From: Octopus bimaculoides
Lineage: Eukaryota
Reading direction: 5' to 3'
Assembly: GCF_001194135.2 (NCBI RefSeq)
Contig: NC_068990.1
Location: forward strand, 69,302,548-69,366,547
Length of the DNA stretch: 64,000 bases
How positions within the stretch are numbered: the first letter of the stretch is position 1; each line of letters begins with the position of its first letter. The notes under the pieces were generated by a model, which was not told where the DNA came from, ran no database searches, and saw only the letters and a list, made by a program, of their open reading frames with translations. Positions 37,275 to 50,297 of the stretch are shown here, in pieces. Made by a program: the position numbers and the translations under genes.

Positions 37275-38154
37275 GTGTGTGTGTGTGTGTGTATGTATAT
37301 ATGTGTGTGTGTGCGTGCATGTGTGTGTGTATGTATGTATATATGTATGTATATGTATGAATGTATATATATGTGTGTGTGTGTGTAATCGTTAGAACGT
37401 CGGGCAAAAATGCCTTGTAGTATTGCTTCCAGCTCTTTATATTGAGAGTTCAAATCCATCCGCGGTCAACTTGGCATTTCGTCCTTTTGGAGGTCGATAA
37501 AATAATGTACCAGTCAAGTACTGGGGTCGATTATATCGATTAAATTCATCCCTATACGTCTGCTGGCCCTGTGCCAAAATTTTGTTGTCATAAAGGAGCT
37601 GGCAGAAACGTTAGCACGCCGGGCGAAATGCTTANNNNNNNNNNNNNNNNNNNNNNNNNNNNNNNNNNNNNNNNNNNNNNNNNNNNNNNNNNNNNNNNNN
37701 NNNNNNNNNNNNNNNNNNNNNNNNNNNNNNNNNNNNNNNNNNNNNNNNNNNNNNNNNNNNNNNNNNNNNNNNNNNNNNNNNNNNNNNNNNNNNNNNNNNN
37801 NNNNNNNNNNNNNNNNNNNNNNNNNNNNNNNNNNNNNNNNNNNNNNNNNNNNNNNNNNNNNNNNNNNNNNNNNNNNNNNNNNNNNNNNNNNNNNNNNNNN
37901 NNNNNNNNNNNNNNNNNNNNNNNNNNNNNNNNNNNNNNNNNNNNNNNNNNNNNNNNNNNNNNNNNNNNNNNNNNNNNNNNNNNNNNNNNNNNNNNNNNNN
38001 NNNNNNNNNNNNNNNNNNNNNNNNNNNNNNNNNNNNNNNNNNNNNNNNNNNNNNNNNNNNNNNNNNNNNNNNNNNNNNNNNNNNNNNNNNNNNNNNNNNN
38101 NNNNNNNNNNNNNNNNNNNNNNNNNNNNNNNNNNNNNNNNNNNNNNNNNNNNNN

Positions 38155-38186
<32 letters not shown>

Positions 38187-38212
38187 CATACATACATACA
38201 TACATACATACA

Positions 38213-38243
<31 letters not shown>

Positions 38244-38788
38244 GTGTGTGTGTGTACAGGCAGAAACATTATGTCCGCTTAAAAAGATTTTAAGCATTAA
38301 ATTCCTTTGAACTGACTATATTTTATCCTTTTAATTCCAGTATATCAATATTTTAAAATGCTTTTATTCTAAGAACCGGAAAATTTGTTTTTTGTAACTA
38401 AGCAAAAAAGAGAAACATGAAAAATATAATAAAAACCACTAAATAGAATTATACATTGTACGAAACATTTTCTCTTCATCTTTCTCAATCGGTCTAAAGT
38501 CAGCTCAGGACTCGGTGTACTATTCTCCCAGTAACATTACTTTAACCCAGTCATTCGTAATGGCAGCCATATTGACTGCTTGGGAGGCATATTCGAACGG
38601 ATCTAGAGACTATCGTTTTGTATTGCAAAGATGAAGTTCATTGGGGGATAGGTGGAGTAGAAACCCGAGGAAAGTTCCCGAGAAAGCCATGGCCCCCAAA
38701 ACGGCTGGGAACAGCTGCTTTAAAATATTATGTATGCTTTCATATGTACGTACGTTTGACTATTTATTTTATCTCATACATACATACA

Positions 38789-38821
<33 letters not shown>

Positions 38822-39163
38822 GTGTGCATGTATGTGTGTGTACAAAAGAATGACAGTGTGAATTAGTGTATCTGTATTTTTCATATTCTCTTTGTTTGTT
38901 TGTTTCTTTCTTCGATTCTTCAGAATTACTTGTGAAAAATGCTCATACGCATCAATATCAATCCTTGGACAGAAAGATCAGAAATGAAACAAAAATTAAA
39001 TATATCTAGGTCAAATGACTCTTACACTGTGTGTGTATTTTTATTTAATTCTGATTCTTCCAGTGGAGTAATTGACCTAAAATTCAAATTTATTCCTATA
39101 TGGTCGTATGGCTGTGTTAGTATATTTTAGCTAAATATTTTAACTATAAGATCATCGCGAACG

Positions 39164-40040
39164 CGTCGTGTAACGTGGGTCGTTTAGCTTTCCTGGAGGC
39201 CTTCTGACAAATTCTTGCTCATTAGAAAGCGAAACGACCCACGTTACATGACGAAAAAGTAAAGTTTGGGGGTAAGAGTCTGATGTTATGGGGATACATA
39301 AAAAGTGATGGTCTAAGAAAGTTGGTTAAAATTTACGGTAATTTGAATGGTGCCAAATACATCCAGTTGCTGAAGAACAATTTGATACCAGAGTTGGATG
39401 AAGGTGAGGTTTTTCAGCATGACGGATCTCTATGCTACAGATCGCGTGCAACACAACAGAGTCTGGCTCATGACGGTATTACCGAATTGAAAGATTAGCC
39501 AGCTCAGAGCCCTGACTTAAATATCATCGAGCGAATGTGGACAGAATTAAAGAAAACAGATCGTCAGAAGAAGCCACGCAGTCTTGAAGAGTTGTAAGAG
39601 CTCAGTCACAGAGAATGGCATCTCATACATGTGAAGATGGTGAAGGATTTGTACGCATCTCTTCACAGGCGCATTGAAGCAATTTTTCAAGCTCAGAGAA
39701 GCCACATGAAATATTAACAATATACAGTAACTTCTTGTAATGAACATTATGTAATAAATTTTCATTATAGACACTTTTTTCTGTTTTAAAACACTGCATC
39801 TTGATTGGTTTATGTGAGGTGGCCGAAAACTTTTGCACAGCCATTTTTGGTGGTCGTCTCGCATCTTCCCCACTCATTCAGAACCCCTATTACAAAATAT
39901 AATGATTAGGTATGGAAATGACTTCAACAGGGCCAATGTTTCATCTGTAAAAAACGCAATGCAAAACATCCACTTATAAGTTGACATTTAGTAGAAATTT
40001 ACAATAGTTTAAAGTGGCAGAAGACTTTTGCACGGTACTG
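39164..40040 (+). mobile_element. Tc1-like transposon 3' half with DD35E spacing and IR/DR-type right end
   Basis: KFGGKSLMLWGYI...FQHD-(35 aa)-E in SPDLNIIERMW, stop at ~39717. Right end ACTTTTGCACGGTACTG (40040), with an inner direct repeat ACTTTTGCACAGCC at ~39829. Confidence 0.85.
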
Positions 40041-41052
40041 TGTATATATNNNNNNNNNNNNNNNNNNNNNNNNNNNNNNNNNNNNNNNNNNNNNNNNNNN
40101 NNNNNNNNNNNNNNNNNNNNNNNNNNNNNNNNNNNNNNNNNNNNNNNNNNNNNNNNNNNNNNNNNNNNNNNNNNNNNNNNNNNNNNNNNNNNNNNNNNNN
40201 NNNNNNNNNNNNNNNNNNNNNNNNNNNNNNNNNNNNNNNNNNNNNNNNNNNNNNNNNNNNNNNNNNNNNNNNNNNNNNNNNNNNNNNNNNNNNNNNNNNN
40301 NNNNNNNNNNNNNNNNNNNNNNNNNNNNNNNNNNNNNNNNNNNNNNNNNNNNNNNNNNNNNNNNNNNNNNNNNNNNNNNNNNNNNNNNNNNNNNNNNNNN
40401 NNNNNNNNNNNNNNNNNNNNNNNNNNNNNNNNNNNNNNNNNNNNNNNNNNNNNNNNNNNNNNNNNNNNNNNNNNNNNNNNNNNNNNNNNNNNNNNNNNNN
40501 NNNNNNNNNNNNNNNNNNNNNNNNNNNNNNNNNNNNNNNNNNNNNNNNNNNNNNNNNNNNNNNNNNNNNNNNNNNNNNNNNNNNNNNNNNNNNNNNNNNN
40601 NNNNNNNNNNNNNNNNNNNNNNNNNNNNNNNNNNNNNNNNNNNNNNNNNNNNNNNNNNNNNNNNNNNNNNNNNNNNNNNNNNNNNNNNNNNNNNNNNNNN
40701 NNNNNNNNNNNNNNNNNNNNNNNNNNNNNNNNNNNNNNNNNNNNNNNNNNNNNNNNNNNNNNNNNNNNNNNNNNNNNNNNNNNNNNNNNNNNNNNNNNNN
40801 NNNNNNNNNNNNNNNNNNNNNNNNNNNNNNNNNNNNNNNNNNNNNNNNNNNNNNNNNNNNNNNNNNNNNNNNNNNNNNNNNNNNNNNNNNNNNNNNNNNN
40901 NNNNNNNNNNNNNNNNNNNNNNNNNNNNNNNNNNNNNNNNNNNNNNNNNNNNNNNNNNNNNNNNNNNNNNNNNNNNNNNNNNNNNNNNNNNNNNNNNNNN
41001 NNNNNNNNNNNNNNNNNNNNNNNNNNNNTATATATATATATATATATATATA

Positions 41053-41590
41053 TGGAGAGAATGTGTCAGAAAATTGTAGAACTTGGAACAAGACAGTGGC
41101 ACACGTTGTAACAGAATGCCCCAAGATGGTACAGGAAGAATAAAAGAAATGGAGGCACGACCAGGTTGTGAAAGTTTTACACAGGAAACTGTGCCACAAA
41201 TGGGGATTTGAAGCAGGAAACACATGGTACTATCATCGAATCGAAAGAGTATTGGGGTCGGAGAAATGTAGAAAGGGGAAGAAAAACAAAAAAAAATACA
41301 ATCCCTTAGAATTTGAAATAGGAAGAATTTGGAGTATGCGATTGGTAAAGGTCATGCCTAAAATGATTGGTGTGTTGAAAATAGTAAGCAAAGATATAGA
41401 TAAATGGCTAAAGGAGATTGAAATAGAATGCCCGGTAGAGCTCCTACAGAAATGTTGTCACTTAAGGACAGCAAGGATTATCAGGAGGGTTCTAAGCACT
41501 TGAAAGACTGCTAAAATCTTGTGGATGCCTAAGGTTATAGGTAGTAACCCGCTATCCACATAATTCCTGACCGAACCTGAGCCAACCCAA

Positions 41591-41620
<30 letters not shown>
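41053..41620 (+). mobile_element. R4/Dong-clade LINE 3' end with (AAT)n tail, internally deleted
   Basis: CRTWNKTVAHVVTECP..WRHDQVVKVLHRKLCHKWG zinc-knuckle region, then KKYNPLEFEIGRIW...LLQKCCHLRTARIIRRVLST*. Short 3' UTR, then about 10 AAT units. Confidence 0.8.
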
Positions 41621-41622
<2 letters not shown>

Positions 41623-41933
41623 CCATGTTTCCAAAGGTGAATTATTCAAACCCCAAAGAATTCCTCTCAACACATGGCTATGATGCTCCTCCACTACTTC
41701 TGCTCATGATCAGAGATGCACATATCGTCAGCCACCAAGGGACATGCTCAACTGGTTAAGGTCAAACAATTAACAAGCAAATCTGTGGTATTAAGCGGAA
41801 TATTTGCTGTAGCCCATCTTTTATACCAAGACAAAACAATGTACATGATAACACTTCCAATCAATTAAGATCAGAAGCCATGAGAGCCACTGTCTGGTAC
41901 TGCATCCGGGCATCTAAATAATAATAATAATAA
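41621..41933. mobile_element. ~295-bp retroposon-like repeat flanked on both sides by (AAT)n
   Basis: Complex sequence between two AAT arrays. Family and orientation not determined from this window. Confidence 0.5.
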
Positions 41934-43820
41934 TTCTTTGGTTTCCATAATATCCACACCGTTCTGTGGAGAAGGTCACAGTTTTATATTTAGCTGTATT
42001 GATAATGATATTTATCTTACAGTTGTATGAAGGTTTATGAGCTGATGAGAGTTTTGGTTCTAGATTGACAGCTTAAAATGTCAGGAAACACAACATTGAA
42101 AGTAAAACTTTTCGTATAGCGAGGTATTTTATGTTTAAATCACACAGTTTTATTGCAAGACTATGATTTAAACATAAAATAAACTCTGGTTGATCGATTT
42201 ACTTTTTATTGTTTTTAACAGGCTAGATCTCCGTTATATTCTTTTAACATACATTTATCGTTTCGTCAAACAAGAAAGAACAGCATCTGAGATTTGTTTT
42301 AAAGCATCTAAAATCGGTGAGAAGAAATGGAATGGAAGCTATAATCAGTTCGGAGACATGGCCTGAATGCTTGTTATATAGTAGACGTCACTAAAGATAC
42401 CACTAAGACCATGAAAAACTTGTAATATAAACGACCTAACAATGACACCTTTTCTTCTATCGGAAGTCCTTTATTTAGATACTTCGTTATGTAAATATCC
42501 GAAGACTATATGTTAGGTTTCAACTGGACAATTGGTTATGTCTACCACCCGACTTGCAGGAACGGTCAATCCGACAAGTTTTGACAGTGTTTCTATCTAC
42601 CAAAATGTCGTCACAAGGCTGTAGTCGATTCGAAACTGGTAGAAGTTACTTGCCCAAGGTGCCACGTGATGGGACTTAGTTGTTGTGAAGTGAACTTGTG
42701 AAACATACAGCTCTGCCTAATCTCAGATGTAGCTTAAACAATTATTTAACGGTCTCTGCTCCTTGGAACTTAGCTATTCTCGTACCTCTGCATTCAGGCA
42801 CCCTTACTTAATCATCTCTTCACCTCCCTTCACCTTTATTGCGTACACCCCACCCCACCCTATTTCCTACTAACCATTTTAACCTGTCCTTCCACCCCAT
42901 ATTACTTTTCCCTTGGAATCTTTACTCTGCTCATGTCTTACCTGCGGATGTTGACCTTCTACAATCATTAAATTCGATAGACTCCTGAAGACGGCCAGAA
43001 AGTACAACAACCGAATTGTCGTGACTGTAACAACCAAGATGAGGTCACAAGTCTGAATATATCAGCGTATAACAATAGTAATTCACTGTCTCGGAAATTC
43101 AGACAAAATCTTTCAATAGATGATCCTCCGATCAGCTTTAAAACTATTTAGTGTTTACGGAGGAGAGGTGGTAAGATCGATTGCAATTTCCTAATCATTT
43201 TGAAGCGTGTGGTGACGTGTTGTTTTTGTAGGTGGCCATGTTGGTTATTGTGTTGGGAGTGGACGCCATCATGCTAATGAAAAAGGTCCTAATAATATTG
43301 ATTTTGTTGGCCGTCATCACAGTAACGAAAGTAGCTATGTCGATGTATCTAGATAATGGAGGAGGGATTGCAATAAAGGACATAATCTGTACACATTGTC
43401 ATTGTTATAACACTATGGTAATGGGTTTCCCTTTTCTAGTATTGTAATTCATTTCAACCAATAGGAACGATGCTATTGTCCACGTCACGTCCTCGTGAGA
43501 GGTTCCTTAACAACGACCAGCTTTAATCCTAAGCGACAAGTGTGAATGGAACTCCGCAATAGAATGAGTCTTACTTAATTGTAGATGATGTAGAGATACC
43601 AACAGGAAGACAAAAACACACATTTCTGAGTGTAGGCCATTTGATACAGCAAGCGGGACATATTGTGTTGTGACAGTGGCAAACATGGCTGTCATTTTCG
43701 TGTGTGTTTTTGTATCTAACTAATAGCATTTGCAGAAGAATTATGAACTATAATCATTAGTGACTCCCTTGATTAAACATAGTACATTTAATGTAATCAG
43801 CAAAGACAAACTGAGTAGAT

Positions 43821-43866
<46 letters not shown>

Positions 43867-44021
43867 ACTCTCACACACATTCTTTCTGTCCTTCTTTCCA
43901 TCTTTTTTCTTTGTATCCCTATTTACATATACAATTGACAGCAATATAGAATAACAAGCAAAAGTAAAATTTAATGTTTTCAATCAATATTAAATAGAAG
44001 AATAAATACTACTACTACTAC

Positions 44022-44061
<40 letters not shown>

Positions 44062-44677
44062 TAATAATGAGAATAGACGTGGGAGAAACCACATATGTAT
44101 CCTATTGATAGAAGAAAAAGCTGTTATAATGTGATGCTATGTGATATTGAATATGGAGTTTATACCTTTGAAAAACGGTATCGTGTGGCTGTCAGCAGAG
44201 ATTCTAGTATATCATTTGGTTGTAAACAGAAAGTAATTAATTAATTGAAATCGAAAGTGGGTGTCATATGAATAGCAGAGAATTGATTGATATCAAGTAA
44301 GTGGGTTGTGTTTGTTATCGTCTGCTGATTCCGTTGAAAAGATATTGTCTTTTTATCAAACACCCTCCCTTAAACACACAATTAACATTCACTACTTCAA
44401 TTATCATTCATAGATGCAGTGTTATTACTTATATATGTAAACACTTACAAACTGAATGATTGATTGTCACATAACCACAAAATTTTATGGAAGGGGATAT
44501 ATTCAATCAGATCGATTCCAGTACATGTATGGTACTTATTTCAACGATTTCAAAGGTATAAAAGGCAAAAACAGACACCCTGGTTGGATTTGAAACTAGG
44601 ACGTAGAGAGAAAAAAAGAACTAAATATTGTTGCCCAATTTAAGTTCTTATTTGGCTCCAGGCTATCTTTGGTCGAA

Positions 44678-45075
44678 TACCGTATTTACTCTCGTACAAG
44701 TCACACTTTTATTCTTGATTTTAACTGAAAAAAACCTGGGGTACGACTTAGCGACTTATACAGGGTGACCCAAAAGTAGGTTTACAGTTATCACGTAAGC
44801 ACTTTAAATTTCTTTTAAAACATTTTATTACATTTAGATTTCTAACTTACAAACTAAAAAGGAATCTTGACAAAATTAACTAAATTAGCCTAGAATAATG
44901 GTTTCATATTTTTTATAATTACGATTTAAACCGTAAATATATGAATGCAAAAGAGAGAGTTGGATAACCTACTTTTGGGCCACTCTGTATATGAGGCAAA
45001 GCTAGAATTATGAAGGGTAAAACTTTTGTTTTAAGTTTTAACACGAAATAATGGGTGCGACTTATACACGAGTGT
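44678..45075. mobile_element. pogo/Tigger-type MITE remnant
   Basis: TACCGTATTT start and repeated GGGT.CGACTTATA motifs. Interrupted by the element below. Confidence 0.5.
44761..44987. mobile_element. 227-bp Tc1/mariner MITE with TA target duplication
   Basis: TIRs CAGGGTGACCCAAAAGTAGGTT / AACCTACTTTTGGGCCACTCTG, with TA on both sides. Confidence 0.85.
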
Positions 45076-45138
45076 CATTTCTATGATTAAATGCATTTAA
45101 TAAATCGATTACTTTTTATTATTAATTAAGACAGAGTA

Positions 45139-45360
45139 AGGCGGCGAGCTGGCAGAATCGTTAGCACGCCGGGCGAAATGCATAGCGACATTTCGTCCGT
45201 CTTTACATTCTGAGCTCAAATTCCGCCGAGGTCGACTTCACCTTTCATCCTTTCGGGGTTGATAAAATAAGTACCAGATGAGCACAAGGGGTGGATGTAA
45301 TTGACTTACTCTCTCTCCCCTGAAATTGCTGGCCTTGTGCTAAAGTTTGTAATTATTATC
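45139..45360 (+). mobile_element. Full-length family A SINE
   Basis: Colinear with 27761-27975. Confidence 0.9.
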
Positions 45361-46515
45361 AACTAAGACAGTAGGATGCAATATGAGGGAGACTTGGCTA
45401 CCGCTTCTAGCATGTCGAGCGACGACGTGGAGGCTCCATTGTTTAGAGAAATACTTCTAGTCTTTTACTTCGATACTGATAGTCTACTAACTGTCAAAAT
45501 TTGTGCTTTGACAGTGTTTTCGTCTTTCACAAATTCGTGGATATCTATTGCAACACCTTCATTGTCATATAAAATTGTCGCCTACATCTTCAGCTAAGTA
45601 AATTGATGTAATTGTTCCCTGTTTAACAGACCTATTTATGATCAAAGTCATTCCATTTGCGACTACTTCCACCTTTTGAGAATTCAAGATTTTGCAACTG
45701 AGCAGATCATAGTGCTTGCAACCAGATATAAACAATGACTCCTCTGGATGATATAATACAGCATATAATAGAGCATCTTTCTGTTTAATCTCTCAAAGCT
45801 TATTGTTGCATATATTGTTGCATCATTACACGTGTACGCATGTATTGATTTCGCTTAGGCATGGCGATGCTAATTACCAGTTGTGAGAATGCAATACACA
45901 TAAGCTTTAGAGCTGTCGTGGACAAACAACAGCCGCGTGATTTTCTGAATGGCCCGTCTGACGTAAAGTTACCTTCAATTTTTTTAATAGTGCGACTCAC
46001 CTGACGATGAACCATGTCTCATGCGGCCCACTCTTCGAAAAAGACTGCCCAGACCTTCTTTAGAGTAAAGCGTCAGATGAGTACAAAGCATAATATCAAT
46101 AAATAATGACAAAAGAACAACAGTTACGTAATTACTTCCATTAGTCAACTGCTGTTTCTGCCATAAGAATCATTGTACTCGGGAGTTGAGTGTTCGTGAC
46201 AACTTGTAGCTTCCTCGGAGCCATTTACACACACACACATACACGCATAAAACAAGACTTTCTGGTCGATTTTCGTCAGGGAGTCGTGAAATGACACATA
46301 CTTGGGATTTTTGAGATGTTTTGAAATGTTCAGTTCGTGCATATATTCACCATATTCACCTGCTGAAAACGGTTTTATCGCATAATGTGATAATTCTATT
46401 CAGCAATAAAAAAAAAAGTCACGTCTGAAACAGTCGTAGTGAAAGTACCACATTCCGTCTGTCGTTATTTGTTCACACACACACACACACACACAAACAC
46501 ACGCACACACGCGCG

Positions 46516-46553
<38 letters not shown>

Positions 46554-47269
46554 CACATACATGCGTACGCACGTACACACATATATATATAAATTTACAC
46601 TCACATGCATATGTGTGTGTAATATAGACACTCATACATACACACACACACACAATAAGCGATAAACTAGTGACTTTTATGTCGTTAGAACAAAGCACTT
46701 TAATATTGTAGTAATAGTGATAATCTAATTTGTCGAAATTATCAATTTTCTACTCTGCTGGTCCGTATAAATATGTAATATTTTCTGTAGGATAGCAGAA
46801 ACAAGTTAATTTCTTAACAGCTCTGTTGGGGAACTTTTTCAGGTTTTATAAGTGCAATGCAGTGTTGATATAAAATACGATTTTGATAACAGGTGCATGC
46901 GTGGTTGTGTGATTAAGAAGCTCAGTCTGCAACCACTGACTGGGTGGTTCGATAACACTGTGTAGTATTTTGGGCATGTGTTTTTGTGGTCGCGTTTGTG
47001 CCTTCCCCTACTCCTAATTACTTAACATCACCTACCTGTTCAGCTAAAAAAAACAAAAATCTAACAATTAATATCAAACTTAATATGTGTGTGTATTTTG
47101 GTCGATTTGTTCGACTCACTCTACAAGTTAGTACTCCAGCATGACCATAGTCCATGACTGAAACAAGGGATGTACTTTCCATGCCATTTACGAAAAACAC
47201 AATTATCTTTAGCCTTTTGTTCATTGTTTGGTTTCCTGCTTTTTTTTTTCTCCCAAGACACAACATAAT

Positions 47270-47700
47270 AATTTCAAATTTTGGTACAAAGCCGGCAATT
47301 TTGGGGGAGGGGATAAGTCGATCACATTCACCCCAGTGTTCAAATGGTACTTAATTTATCCTGAAACGATAAAAGGCAAAGTCGACCTCACGGGTTGGGT
47401 TTTGAACTCAGAACGTAAAGACGGACGAAATGCCGTAAAGCATTTTGCCCAGTGCGGTAACGATTTTTATTTCTTTATTGCCCACAAGGGGCTAAACATA
47501 GAAGGGACAAACAAGGACAGACAAAGGGATTAAGTCGATTACATCGACCCCAGTGCGTAACTGGTACTTAATTTATCGACCCCGAAAGGATGAAAGGCAA
47601 AGTTGACCTCGGCGGAATTTGAACTCAGAACGTAACGGCAGACGAAATACCGCTAAGTATTTCGTCCAGCGTGTTAACGTTTCTACCAGCTCGCCGCCTT
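47270..47700 (-). mobile_element. Two tandem family A SINEs
   Basis: Two reverse GAACTCAGAACGTAA..G.CAGACGAAAT-type units. Confidence 0.85.
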
Positions 47701-48872
47701 CCCTAGATTCAACATAATAATAAAAAAGTTTAAAAACAAAAAGTTTCTTTAGGGGGAGGGGGAGTTAGTAATATTAATTTCTCGAAAAAAAGTGGTTGAA
47801 ATTTGTCGTAATTGGCATAAAAACCTACATCATATCTTTTGCCTTTTACGTATTTTAGTCATTGGACCGCGGCCTAACAAATCAGCTGCTAAGAGAACGT
47901 AAACAAACCAACGCATGTTGTGAAGAGGCGGCAGGAGACGAACGCAAACATATACACACATATACATACATGCATACAAGCAACCATAAACAGACAGACT
48001 GACAGTCAGATAGATAGATAGACGGACAGACGACAGGCTTTTTTATGGCCTCCGGCTATGAAATTCATTCACAAGTCTTTGGTCGGTCCAAGGCTGAAGC
48101 TGGAATCACGTTGTTACAAAGCGAGCTTTTTAACACAGTGATTCTTGCACCCAAAGTAGGCCCCTGTGCGTTTAACCAAAAAGATCCATTATAGTAAAAC
48201 GGTTTAGTGTAGTGAACAGTAACTTTAAGCTATAAATACTCACAAAGGGCCGCTGCTGTTGCTGCTGCTGCTACTACTATCACTATCACCGCCCACACCA
48301 CTTACCTCTTACCAGCTCCTGCTAACTTGCATTAGATATAGTTTCTCTATAGCATGGCAACCTATATAATCGTTGAGGCATTACAGTCCTGATAGATATA
48401 CTAAAAAAAAAAAAAACACAAAAAACAAGAAACTAATAGTTACTCAGTTGTGTTATCAACAAAATGTTCAAAATGTTAGCTAGTTACCCAACCATTTCAG
48501 ACTGTACATGGTCGCTCGACCCGCTTGAAACAGTAGCCACATCGTCCTCAGATAGCATACTGTCGTCTTAAATAATAAGAAAAAGAAAAAGGTTTAACTG
48601 TACTACAGAGCCTTCGCATAGATGTTTTTAGCCAACAATGTCTATAGACATGTAAACACCTTGTCTGCATATACACTCTTTATAGAGGCATCAGCTTTTA
48701 ATATTGCTTTAATATTTCGTCGACAAATAGGTTGTCCTTTCTCGACGAAATCTCAACTGCCCTATTTATCGATAAAGACTGAAGTAAACAGAATAGACCG
48801 TATAGCATATGTAACAAATTATTATATATAGCTCTTTTGATTCATAAATTAATGAAATGAAAGACTATTAGT

Positions 48873-48919
<47 letters not shown>

Positions 48920-49986
48920 TTATCTATCTATCTATCTCTCAGACAGTGCTGGCTGAAATCTATAAATATATTCTGAAGTACAATGTAGCACTGCAACAAA
49001 CCACTGTTAATGCACCAACAATTTATTAATCAAACTAGCTACCAAACTACGATGGGTTTATCCGAATTGGACCATCCAATTGACATAAACCTTCAGAATT
49101 AGTGGAGTGCGAGGAGCAACAAAGATATGAAAGCTCTTTTCGAAGAAATTGTCAGAAACTACAGAGAAATCGAGCGGTACTGAAATGAAGAAAAACAGTG
49201 CATTATGTACAGTGAGGAATTTCTGCTCAGCTAGATCGAGTATTCGAGCGTTGAGGATGATAGAAATATCTGACTCAGAGTCACCAACATCTGACTCGAC
49301 CGATTTAATGCTGTTGTGCTGACGTCTCGGTATCTACATCGGTAGCTAGTCTCCGGTAGCTTTGGTGTCACAGTAGAAGGGGCCAACATACCTTCAGAGC
49401 TACTTCACTGCTTAATGAGCCATCGACTCCTGCATTTCAAGACAGAGGACAAGCAGCATTCTCAACACATAAGAGCATAGCCCGAGTATTTTTGTATGCG
49501 TGCGTGTGGGGGGGAGACGTGCGTGCGCGTGTATAACGTACATATATATGTATATTGTTCATTTAACGTCCGGTTTTCTTGGCTCGTATTAATGATGCAT
49601 TGTTTTACAGCCTTTTATGCCTTTCCTGTCGTTAACACTTGTTTTTCAAGTAAGGTGTGTGTTATTTCGCTCGTCTTTGATCACGTAAGGCCAGTAGGTG
49701 TCCTGTTGACAAGAGAAATGACAACAGTATCACCGTGAAAATGCAAACTAACTCTCAGATACATCAACACATACAATCGTCTCCACATACAAATACGTGT
49801 ATACGATGGGCTTCTTTCAAATTCCGTCTACCAAATCTAATCACAAGGTACTTGTCCAAAATGTCGCACAGTGGGATTCGAAACCGAAACCATATGATTG
49901 GGAATGAAACTTCTTAACCACACAACTGTTTGTGTGCTTACGTACACGTGCGTGCGCGCACATACACACAGGGAAAGAGCGCAGAC

Positions 49987-50041
<55 letters not shown>

Positions 50042-50198
50042 CTGTATGTAGGTATATAAATAGATTTATGGATAGGTAGGTAGATAATTCACTGGTAAAT
50101 CCATTGCTTTTAAAATCTTTATTCCCTTGACCCTACTGTGTAGCAATGTTTGAAAACCGTCCAAATATTTTACTCCCTTATTCGTTTACCTTACTTAC

Positions 50199-50234
<36 letters not shown>

Positions 50235-50297
50235 GTGTGTGTGTATATATATATATATTCTCATTCATATATATCAAAATCTTCCGACATCTTAGGC

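Noticed and set aside
37070-37459. YI/HT/VC/SL-rich ORFs here and throughout the window
   Set aside because: Translations of (TA)n, (CA)n and (GA)n tracts, not proteins.
38690-38720. hAT-like right end GGCTGGGAACAGCTG
   Set aside because: No matching left TIR or TSD found.
43232-43447. Hydrophobic 71-aa ORF resembling a membrane peptide
   Set aside because: Derived from degenerate GAT/GGT/GTT-rich low-complexity sequence, with no family motif.
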